Source: Camelus dromedarius (Eukaryota). Taken from it: a DNA stretch of 64,000 bases. The stretch spans positions 20,150,001 through 20,214,000 of the forward strand of contig NC_087454.1 of the NCBI RefSeq assembly GCF_036321535.1, read 5' to 3'. The notes beneath the pieces are model-generated. The model was given only the letters and a program-made list of their open reading frames with translations, did no database searches and had not been told where the DNA came from. Positions 23,898 through 41,128 of the stretch are shown one piece after another (the first letter of the stretch is position 1; each line of letters begins with the position of its first letter). A program made the position numbers and the translations under genes.

Positions 23898-25214
23898 AGG
23901 GAGCCGGGGAAGGGAAGGGAGCAATGGAGCAAGGGAACTAAGGCACTCTGAAGTGAGAAGACAAACACTCCTCTTTGAGCCATTAAAAGCTATCCACCAC
24001 TCTAAAGCTGACTGGAAAATTCCATCTTTTGTTGATGGGAGGGCTGAAGGAGTGATATGGGGTCATCTAGGCTTGAGTTTAGGGGTCATCAAGGATCAGT
24101 GGACTTAGTTACAATGGTGCACTTCTTAGCCAACTAAACCCCAAAGGACAATGGAGAATCTGCCCTAAGTTGCTCCTACATCCTGTTGCTAGAGAGAATC
24201 TTCCTTAGCAACGAGGATCACTGAGAGGAGCAGGATCTGGGCTGAGTGGGGGCCACCAGGAATCAATGAGCCTGGTTGTCTGGGCTTGTTCCCCTTTCCT
24301 CCATTTGCAACTTAGCTCCCAGTATGGCTATTTTGGATTGAGAAAGGAAATGTGCCTCACTTACCTGGCCAGGAGGCCTCTGACTCTAACCTGAGGGAGT
24401 GAGGCCTGGCAAGAGGGTCCCATGTCCCATCCCCATGCAACTCTCCTACCCTTTCTGGGGATCCCTCAAGCCAGGCTGTACCTCCTTCTTGACAGTACAT
24501 CAGAGGTATGGCCTAAATTTAGGATAAGGATTGTTTCTCCAAACACTGGGAGCTGTATGCCACCCCCAGACACCGGAAGAGGGATGGAGGCCTGAAAAAC
24601 CTGTTTCTCCTTTTGTCGCAGCCCAGCCTCCCAGAAAAACTCCCTGAGGGGTTCTTTGATGGGGGTGAGGTCTGAGAGTGTTATTTCCTGGCGGGGGTGG
24701 GGGGGTGGGTGGGCGGCTTTTCTGTCAATAGATCTTCTCACAAAAATGCACAATTGATCAGATACAGACATTTATTACTCAAAATGGAAAGGGGTGAGAA
24801 TGAGGCTGGGGCACATATGACAGCCAGGGTGTGGGGAATCAGCTCATACAATGAGGTCATCAGGTCCTTCTTGGGAGCCTTCACTGGGGACAGGGCAGAA
24901 CCCCCATTTCCAGCCCAGATTCCAATCCCTCCCCAAGGAGGGCATGGGAGAGTGCAGGAGGCAAAGGGGGGGGGGCCTTTTAGGAGGCCATGGAGGATCT
25001 GGAGTGGTGTTCAGGGAAATGGGGAAGGACTCCGGAAAAGCAGAGTGGAGGGTGTGGGGTGGAAGGATGGAGCGGGAGACCACTGTCTAAGCAAAGAAAT
25101 GTGAAGGGTCTGGAGGGTTGCTTTTCTGAGCAAAGGGAAGCAGAGGTTACAAAGACAGAAGAAGAGAGGCTCAGGCCAAGGCAGGTGGGAGGAGGGGCAA
25201 CCACGGAGTGGATT

Positions 25215-27397
25215 TCAGTGCAACAGCCAGAGGCCAAGGCCAGCCAAGGAGGTAACAAGGACAAGGGCCAGGGCCGGGGTGGGCCGAGGGGCTGGGCTAT
25301 TGCAGTTGTCCTTGTTGCAGCAGGTAGTGTTATAGGTCAGGCCCAGCTTGTGGCTGGTTTGGTTGAAGGCCTCCCGACAGGGCTCTTCTGGTGTGCCGCA
25401 GCGGAGATTGGAGAAAACCCACATCTTACCTGGGGTTAGAAGTGGCCAGTGGAGTCAGTTAAGGTGGGCACCTGACATGCCTGTGTCCACTTTCCCACCC
25501 CTGCACCCCACCCAGGCTTCCTTCCTTCCCAACTCTGCCCCTGGCCGTGCCCTTCTGAATCTCTTCTCAGTCTAACCTCCTGCACTTCCTTACTTTGCCC
25601 CATCACCCCAATCCTGGTCCTATCACTTGCTGGCCATGAAGTCTTGGACCAGTTACTGTCTCTTTCTGAGGCTGTTTCCTCAGTAGAACAATAGCAGCAC
25701 ATCTTAGGGTTGTTGTGACCATAAATTGAAACAATCCATGTAAAGACACGGAATGGTGCCTGGCGCACAAAAGTCCTTGGCCAATTACCATCATTGCTGT
25801 AATTCTCTGTTCCACCTCAGCCCCAGGCATAGTCTCCCACTGGACCCCTCTCCCTACTAGAGAAGGGATGTTACCGAGATACACATTTGTTGTCAGGCAT
25901 TGGTGTCCTGGTTCCAGGCGGCAGGACTGCCGGTCCACGCAGCCCAGCACAGGGACCTTGTAGCAGGAGTGACAGCGAATGTCAGCTGGGAAGACAGAAG
26001 TCATGCTGAGGTGATGGAGTGTCTGACTCACCTCGGGATGAGCCGAGCTGGGAGATAGGGTGGAGAAGAGCCAATCAAGTAGGTGTTCTGACCTGTTTGG
26101 TCTGCTAGGGACGGAGCAGGTGAGTGATGCAGAAGTGGAAGTGGGTGAGGGTGGAGTTGTTGCTCTGTGAATAGCCTGCACCCTAACATCTTTCTTCACT
26201 CCACCCCACCTGGAGATGAGTCAGGAGGAGCAGAGTTACCAAGAAAAACATGGGGCTGGGGAGGGACGGAATGTGAGCCTACCACAGGGAAGGAATGAAG
26301 GAGGTGAGGGAGAAGATGAAGGAATGCAGAAAACATCACAGATGGAGTCTTGAAACAGGAAGAAATATTAAAAGTAAAAACCATGGCGTTACAACACTTG
26401 TAGAAATGGCTTGGAACTTGAGGTGGGCAAGAAAGCCACCGGGGGCCAGCTTTAATAATTTAACCTTCAACCCAGGGGTGGCCAAGAGTGTGGGAAGAAG
26501 AACCAGACCTGAATGGAACCCTCCCAACACAGCAGCTCTCTGACAGAAAGGAATAATATCTGGGAGACAGATCATCGGAATCCATCTGAGCACTTTACCG
26601 AAATGGAAGGATGAGGGCAGAAGATGACACCCCTTAAAGTTTCTGCCTCAGCTGATTTAAGGTTTGAGTGAAGAAAGGGTTCAATCTATGGGTGGAGGAT
26701 CCTGGGACTGCAACTCAGGAAAACCTACCTCATCTGGGGGTGAGCAGCCCCGGTATTCCCTCCCCAGAAGGCTGGGAAATCTCCCTGGTTCTCTGGGAGG
26801 TTCTGAGGGGCCACTGGAACCCTCCAGAAAGCTTGTGTCCTTGGGGGTATGCACCCCAGGGAGGAGCAGAGCGTATCAGGAAAAGCCACTGCTTGACGGA
26901 CTGAGCACAAAGTCCCTGATGGAGTAGAAGGGAGGATGGAGAGCAAAAGAAGTCCCTGACTGCATGTCTAGATTTCTGAGAGAACACCCTGCTGAGTGCA
27001 GGTGGTGAGAGAAGGAAGCAGGTAAGCTGCATCCTAGAGAGTTTCATTATTGGAATGGGGCTGGCAGGGGAACTGGAGAGCAGAGTTTCCAAGAAGGAGT
27101 GGGGAACAGGGGAACTGGAACCCTGGGCAGGTTAAAAGAGTGGGTCTTGGTGGGGAGGAGTCTGAAGGATGGAGACTGGAGTCCTTGAGAAATGGAGCAA
27201 GGACTCCGTCACAGGGTCAACTGAGCCAGTTGGGTCTGGGGGCACTGGGGATCTTGAGTTGTGGGTAGTGTAGGGCAGTGGCTGGGACAGGGTGTGGAAG
27301 TCCTGACCAGGTGAACCAGGTCTTTGGGGGCCCCCAGGTGCTCACCTGAGACCCAGCAGAGCAGAGCAGACAGGATGAGCAGCAGAAAGCCTTTCAT
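25215..27397 (-). CDS. LY6G6C: LY6/uPAR GPI-anchored protein G6c, 125 aa
   Basis: Exons 27397-27346, 25985-25875, 25429-25215 (378 nt). Sequence ADIRCHSCYKVPVLGCVDRQSCRLEPG...TTCCNKDNCN, 10 Cys. AATAAA (-) at 24771-24776. Confidence 0.97.
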
Positions 27398-28734
27398 GGT
27401 GAGTGTCTTGAGAGTGGTAGCGGTAGCAGCAGCCGACAGAGTAGAATTTCCGGGTTGGGTTCTGGGAGTTGAGTGGCCTTTTTGGAATTTATAATTCCAA
27501 CGGTCCCTCCCTTCCCTGACTCTGGTGGCCCCTCCCTCCCCATTTAGGGAGGGGCTAAGCAGGGCCCAGTGAGGGAGTGGGGATGGGGATGGGAGAGAGA
27601 GGTGGGGAGGGTAGGTGCACTAGTGGCCAACTCCATTTTGGTTCTTGGTTTCAGTCCAAGACACACCCTCCTGGCCCCCAAGAGTAATATCCCCTCCTGC
27701 CCAGTCCTCTGAAGAGGTATCACCAAAGGCCCCTGTGATGTTACAGTGGCTGTGGTGGTAGCATCTGCTGGTTCCTGAGAAATGAACAATGGGGTATGGC
27801 CCAAGCTGAGTGCCAAATTTAATCCCCGGTGGGCATTTGTAGGGGCACGTGGGCAGAAATTGAGCACCAAATTAACCTCATTTCAGCCCCTACTTGGTCT
27901 TCCCAACCCCTGCTCAGCCACAGGATGAAGGGTTTGTGATGTCACCAAGGGCTTCTGTGATGTCATAGCAGCAGAGGCATGGGATGGAGCTGCCTGCTAA
28001 GGAAGGGTTGCTTCAGGCCCCCTGAAGGTTCTGAGGTCCTGGCTCTGGCTCTGCTTGGGCTTGGCCTGGACTTGGTTGCTCCAGTCTGGTAAGGGCTGAT
28101 GAAGTCCTGGGTGTGGGGCTTTGCACCTGCTCCAAAGCACTTCCTCAATCAAAACCTGCCAATTTGGGCGCAGCACCAATGGCTGGGAGGGACAGCGTGG
28201 GCACAGAGAGGTGAGGTAGCAGCTAAAATAAGAACAGAAATGGTAATAATGGCAAGTACATAGTGCTCCTATGTCTCAGCCATTGTTCTAGGCATTTTCG
28301 GTGTATTACTTAATTCTCACAATACTCTACAAGGTAGGTGTTTTTATCCCCATTTTACAGATAATGTCAACAAGCCCAGAGAAATTACACGACTTGTGCA
28401 CATCATGCATCTAGTACATGGCAAAGTCAAGATTTCAACTCAGACAGTGGGGATCTAGAAATCGTGGTGTATTAGGCACCTGCGACGCTGCAGTGGTTGA
28501 AGTCTGCGGTAGTGTTGGTGAAAACGGCCCCAGCAGGAATTTTAAGTGAGCATTGGTTGAGGGCTGTGACTTTGCCTGGGAAGATTCCCAGAGGGATCAG
28601 GGCAGCTGGTGGCCCCGCCCTCACCCCTTATCGGAGCCCCCAGACCTGCGGTCTCCCTCTCCACCCCCACCTCCGGTTTCCCTCCGGTGTCCTCCGCTGA
28701 TTCATTCGCCGCCTCTTACCATCACATTCCAGCT

Positions 28735-30426
28735 ATGGCCCTGGTTCTGCAGCTGCTACCGCTGCTGCTGTCGAGGGCCCACGGGAGCCCCGGGGGTAAG
28801 CCATCCCGGGAAAGTCAGAATGGCGACGAAGGACTGAGGCAGGGGGCGGGGATAAATAGGAGGAGTGGGATGTGTGTGGGAAGATCCAGGACGGCTGGAG
28901 AGCAGAGGAGACGAGAGGAGAGCAGACGTAAGTGAGGGGTCGTCTCGCCCTGTGGACTTTTCCTAACCACTACCTCTGGCCTCCCCTAGCTTCCCTGGTC
29001 GGCCGCCCTGGGGACAGGGTGAATCTCTCCTGTGAAGGGGTATCGCAACCCAGCCGCTGGGTCTGGGCACCTAGCTTCCCCGCCTGCAAGGGTCTGTCCA
29101 AAGGACGTCGCCCGATCCTGTGGGCCTCACCGAGCGGGACCCCCACCGCGTCTCCCGTTCAGCCCTTTGCTAGTCGCCTACGTGCTCTGGACCTTGATAT
29201 CAGGCGGCTGGAGCTGCTCCTGAGCACGGGGGACTCGGGCACCTTTATCTGCAAGGGCCAGCACCAGGGAGAGAGTCGAACGGTGCTTCACGTGCTGGGG
29301 GATCTGGCCAATTGCAGAGCTCCGGAGCCTACCCAAGGTAGGTCTAGGACTTCATATACAAGAGACTTAACCCTGACACACGCCCCCGGCAGGGAGGGAG
29401 GCCGTGGCTGGGGGTTCCTGAGTAGGAGACCTAGCTGTCCTCGCACCTTTGACCTTGGCATCCACCGCCACCCCGCCTCCAACATTCCCTTCGGGTCAGT
29501 TTATCCCCAGATCCTGATCCCGCTGCTAAGCGTTGGGTTGGTGCTGGGACTCGGAGCGCTGGGCTTGGTCTGGTGGCTGCGCAGGTGAGCACGAGGGGCG
29601 GGATTTCACCGGAGGCGGGAGGGGCAGGACCACAACTTTTGCAGACAAAAGCTAGATCTGGAGCCCTGGGGTCTGGTTTGGAGAAGAATGGAGGAGGTCA
29701 GAACTTGGCGAAGCCACGAGCTGGTGGGTGGAGCCCTGGCTAGGGAAGCGAAGCTAGAGGCGGAGCAGGCTCAGAGCGTGGGCGGAACTATCTGTGGGGG
29801 TGGGGCTTAAATTGTTTTGTGGGTCAGAGCCTGCACCGAGTTGGTGGGTTGTTGGTGAGTCCTGGGACCCAGAACTAGCGAGAGAAGACTGGTGGCTCTC
29901 AAATACTTTTATCCATCCTTACAGGCGCTCGCCCCCTCACCCGCCCTCGCCCCCTCACCCGCCTCGACCGCTGCCCAGATTTGGTGAGACTAACTCCACC
30001 CCATTTTCCTTCTCCGCACATTCCCCACCCAATGCCGGAGTCTTAGCCCTTGCTGGGAGCAGACAAGTTGGTTACCTTCTCTCAATTCTTCAGCTCTGTC
30101 CCCCCCACATAGTTCCACTCGTGAAAGCCGAGCCCCAGAGGCCAGTAGAGGAGGAGGAGCCAAAGATTTCAGGGGGCCTGGATCAAGAGTCGGTAAGGGC
30201 TTGGGGATGGAAAGGGGGCTGGTCAGAATCCCTGGGTAAAGTGGATCAAGAAAGACAGAGGCCTGGATCCCCAAGGGAGTCAGACTTCTGAGACCCTCCT
30301 GCCTTCCTCCCCACCTTTCAGAGCCTGCTGTACGCAGACCTGGATCATATGGCCCTCAGAAGGCCCTGCCGACTGTCCCCAGTGGCCCCAGCTGATGCCT
30401 CCACCATCTATGCGGTTGTAGTTTGA
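28735..30426 (+). CDS. MPIG6B: G6b-B megakaryocyte/platelet inhibitory receptor; non-canonical exon 3 acceptor; predicted 245 aa
   Basis: Exons 28735-28795, 28990-29337, 29500-29584 (ancestral start 29494 is preceded by CG), 29925-29983, 30113-30192, 30322-30426. IgV with an NLS sequon, TM, ITIM LLYADL and ITSM TIYAVV. Confidence 0.92.
29928..29963 (+). repeat. Perfect 18-bp coding tandem duplication (SPPHPP x2)
   Basis: CTCGCCCCCTCACCCGCC at 29928-29945 and 29946-29963 in MPIG6B exon 4. Confidence 0.95.
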
Positions 30427-30779
30427 AAGGAACCCCTTACTCCAAACCTCACAAGCTGGGGGCTCCCAGGTCTCCATAACCCTCCCCTTCTTGGCCCTTC
30501 ACGTGGGAAAGGAAGGCACTGTGAGATAGAAATGAGCACTAGACTGGGAGTCAGAAGAGCTGGGCTCCAGGCTATCCCTGTCACTGATCTTCTTCCTTCC
30601 TTCCCCACAACTTTCATGTCTCCTTCACCACTGATTTCCTTTCTAGAGCTGATCAAGCCCTGCTTCCCCATGTTGAGATATCTACAACTCCTAGATTACT
30701 GCCCTCTCTCTTTCCCTCTCTCCGCAGTCAAGCTCTTTCCACCAATGGCCTACACCTAGCTCTTCCATTTTCTTCAGTC

Positions 30780-31950
30780 ACCTCCTACTGCTCACCCCCT
30801 CTCCATGAGATTGCCAGTGATGTCCTAATAGCTACACTCAGCAGACATTTTTTATCATTCATCTGGCTTGGCCTTTGATTACTCTCATCTTTAAGCTGTT
30901 TTTCTTTAATGTTGATATCTTCCTTCTGGAATCCTCTTCCTTGCTCTCTCCCCCCTACAGTATTCCCCACCATTCTAGGTTTGTCCCTGTCTTTATCTGC
31001 CTTCTCCCTCTTCTGGGACACTATGATCCACAGCCAGTCCTCAGCCTTCACCTCTGCAAACAACAGCAAGAACTCTTTCTAGCTCAGATCCCTGATATGG
31101 GATTGCCAAACTGTCCCTCAGACATCCCTGCCTGGCTGGCCCTAGGCATTTTGCACACAGCAGGTCCAAAACCCAACTCACTGTCATCTCCCAAGCCACT
31201 TACTTAATTTAACCCTTCCTCCTCTGCATTCTCTCTTGATCAACCCAGTTGCCTAAGCCAGAAACTGGGAGTCATGTACACCTCTCATTCCCACACAATT
31301 AACCAAGTGCCTTTCTATTTTAATGTCACAGTCAAATCCACACCCTCTTCATGCCCAGTACTGCCACCTGAATCTCATCTCCTCGTTTCCTCCTTAGATT
31401 GCCCATAGCCCCACCTCATCCTCCTACCCTTGCTTAAGATCTTCCTTAGATGCTAACCTGCTCCTGACCGCCTGTATTTCAGAACTGCAGTATTTCAGCT
31501 CTGGGTCCACGGTCCTCAGATTTGGGTACAAGGTGCTATAGCTTTCGACCTACTTTCCAGGCTTATCTCTGTCACTCACATGCATAGAACATGACAGCTA
31601 TAGAGAAAGTCTCCCCAGCCCCAAATATGCATTTGCCCAATGCAGTTCCTTCTTCCTAGATTAATTACCCTTTGTCTCCTTCCCACTGTATGCCTGGCTA
31701 TTATTTATCCGCAGGACTCAGTTCAAGCATAGCCTTTTCTGGGAAGTGATCCCTGCCCCTCTTTGCCCATCCCTGCATACACTTTGATTTCCTAGAGGGT
31801 CCCCTTATTTCTCTCATAGCCTGCTGTGAATTGTTTCATTACAAACCATATTTCAATTTATAAGAAATTTTCATGTACCATGAGTTCCTTGATACCAAGA
31901 GATTAACCCTTTTTGTATCACTGCTAAGCTTCAGTAAATGAGTAAAAATG
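30780..31950. mobile_element. L2 LINE fragments
   Basis: Pyrimidine-rich L2-type text (ttgccagtgatgtcctaatagc; atcaacccagttgcctaagccagaaactgggagtcat). A similar L2 stretch lies at about 49550-50480. Confidence 0.55.
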
Positions 31951-32478
31951 AATGTCCCTGGAAATGTCATTTCCTCCTATGAATTATGGATGGACTGTTA
32001 ATCTCCTAGTCTCTGAATCATCTGACATTTAGATAAATGCAGTGATTGATTCACTCATATTTTCTCTTCTCTGCCCTGTACGTGCTCCCCACCACAGAAG
32101 TTCTGTCCTGTCCATTTTGTGGCCAAACACCTCTGATAGGGCTGGACCATGAGTTAGTAAGTGCCAAGAGAGGGTTTGATGAATGAAAGAGGCCTCCTTC
32201 CCAGCACTGACCTAACCTCAGGTTTCAGCCCTGCCCTTGTCCTTCTGCCCCAGTAAGACACAAGTCACAGCCCAGTCTAAAAGGTCAGTTCTATTTTATT
32301 AGTTCTTGGGGAAAGGACTTACCCAGTGGCCCCTATCCTTTTCCTTACATTATGCCCTCCCTCCATCTTGGGGCCCTCTCCCCACTACTACTGTTCGCCA
32401 TCCTCTATTGAATCCTCCTTCCCCTTCTACTCCTGTGCCACCCTACCCCTGGCCAGCCAGGACCCCAAGGCCAGGCTC

Positions 32479-34499
<2,021 letters not shown>

Positions 34500-35049
34500 C
34501 CCATCCACACAGAAGCCCCCTCCGGCCGCGCTGATTTCTTAGTTTTCTTTTTACTTCACCTGTCTGGGAGAAGAAAAAGAAAGGGGTGAAGCAGAGAAAG
34601 AAACATGCAGAAAAGGGTGTAGTGGGTGGTGGTTAAGAGCGCCCAGGTCTTCCTCCTGCCATCTCCGGGTGCCCCACCCACTCCACCCCACCCCCTCCAG
34701 TCGGTCCTCTTCTGCCGACCCCACTCCACCCCACACCCTCGTGGGTCTGCAGCTTTAGGGGGAGTCCGAGGAACAAGATCGGGATCCCTAATCTCCAAAA
34801 CACCTGTTGCCCCTGCTCGGGGGCTTCGAAAGGTCCCTGCCAGGCGCACCTCTTGGCAGCCGCTAGGATGCGCTCACTCCCCAAAAATGTAGCGGCCCCG
34901 CCCCCTTAACCCTCAGCTGCTCGCTGCCTTAGGGACCCGACTTGTGGCGAGGGGCCCACAGAGGTTATGGGTCAGGAGACAGCTGGGGAGAGTCAAGGCT
35001 TGGGGGATGGAAGTCCTAAACGTCCGAATGAGAAAGGGAGAGAGGGACA

Positions 35050-35880
35050 AGGAGGGAGGAATTAGAGACTAAGGAGTTAAACATCCTCTCTCCACCCCGA
35101 CCGGTCACTCCGTTCCTAGCGCGACCCATTGTAAACCAGACTGAGTCCCGGAGGACTGGGAGAGGTCTAAAACGAAATCCGAGGGGCGGGGAAACCGGGG
35201 GCGTGGTTCTGGGGAGCCGGCGCCACTCTGGGCACCAGGACCCGGTCCCCCAGTCTTCGGATCTATCTTCCCCAAAGTCCACTCCCACTCAGCTCCACAC
35301 CCAAATATCGACCCTTCGCACTGTCCGGCACAAGCAAGGGCCCCTCACCCCCAAACTCTGGCCCTCACATGATCCAAGGGCCACCTCCCACCCCAGACTC
35401 ACCTCTAGCGGCCACCCCCACTCCTGCCGCTCTGTGATCTTGGCTGCGGCCCCACCCCCCTGAGGACAGAGTTGGTGAAGAAGAGTCCTAGTCTTCAAGC
35501 CTTGAGGGTTGGAGCTTTGGCTTTGAGGGGTCCCGGGGTAAGCGAGCTCAAGTACTACAGTGGGGCGGGGTCGCGACGATCTGGCGGCTCCGGGGCATTG
35601 TCTAAGCGGGACGGGGCGGGGCTCCTCGAGGTCACGCCCATTCCGCTCTGCTACGCCGCGCCCACTCTATCCGGACTGCGCTCCTTCTCTGAATTCAGCC
35701 CCGCCCCAAGAGCGCTGCCTAGGCCCACCCAGATCTGGCCGGCTCTTGCGGCTGGGCTGCAAATGCGACATGGAGCGCAAGACAGCTCAACGGTGAACCA
35801 GCACTAAAAATGGCAGCCCCATCACAAGCACCCCTCTTCTAAATTCCGGGCTTCTGCTCGGAGCTCAGGGTCACTTACCC
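35050..35880 (-). promoter_or_regulatory. DDAH2 CpG-island promoter region abutting the CLIC1 3' end
   Basis: CpG-rich sequence with GC boxes (GGGGCGGG) and consensus donors at 35402 and 35878. Confidence 0.6.
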
Positions 35881-36168
35881 ACCCTTCATTCCGTGTTACT
35901 CACACTTCAAGCCCCTTTGTGTAAAAACACTGGATTTTCCTTCTGTATTTTATTATTGAAACACATTGTCCTATCCGCCCGACCCCACAATAAAAATCTC
36001 ACCCATATCCCCCATCCTTTCTCCTCATCACCCCCCAGCAAGCCCCGCACCAGGATTCTCTGTACACCGGCCGTTTTGGAGTGTGTCCATTGGGTAGCCA
36101 TGTGGAAACAAACGATCCAGGGCCTTGATGGAGAAAATGGATGGGGGTGAGGGAACCCCAGGAGGGAC

Positions 36169-41052
<4,884 letters not shown>

Positions 41053-41098
41053 GGTTGCGACGGGGACCAGGAAGCGACCGTCGCTGGGGGAACTGGGA

Positions 41099-41128
41099 GG
41101 GGCCGGGGCCGGGGCCGGGGCCGGGGCC
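41099..41128 (+). repeat. (GGGGCC)5 hexanucleotide repeat in the CLIC1 5'UTR (mRNA strand reads GGCCCC)
   Basis: Five perfect copies, 47-76 nt upstream of the ATG and inside the exon bounded by the acceptor at 41146. Confidence 0.95.

Noticed and set aside
27979-27993. MGWSC resembling an immunoglobulin heavy-chain leader
   Set aside because: The similarity ends after five residues and there is no V exon or recombination signal nearby.
34500-34508. N-terminal MDG extension of DDAH2
   Set aside because: The codon at 34508-34506 is GTG; the first ATG is at 34499.
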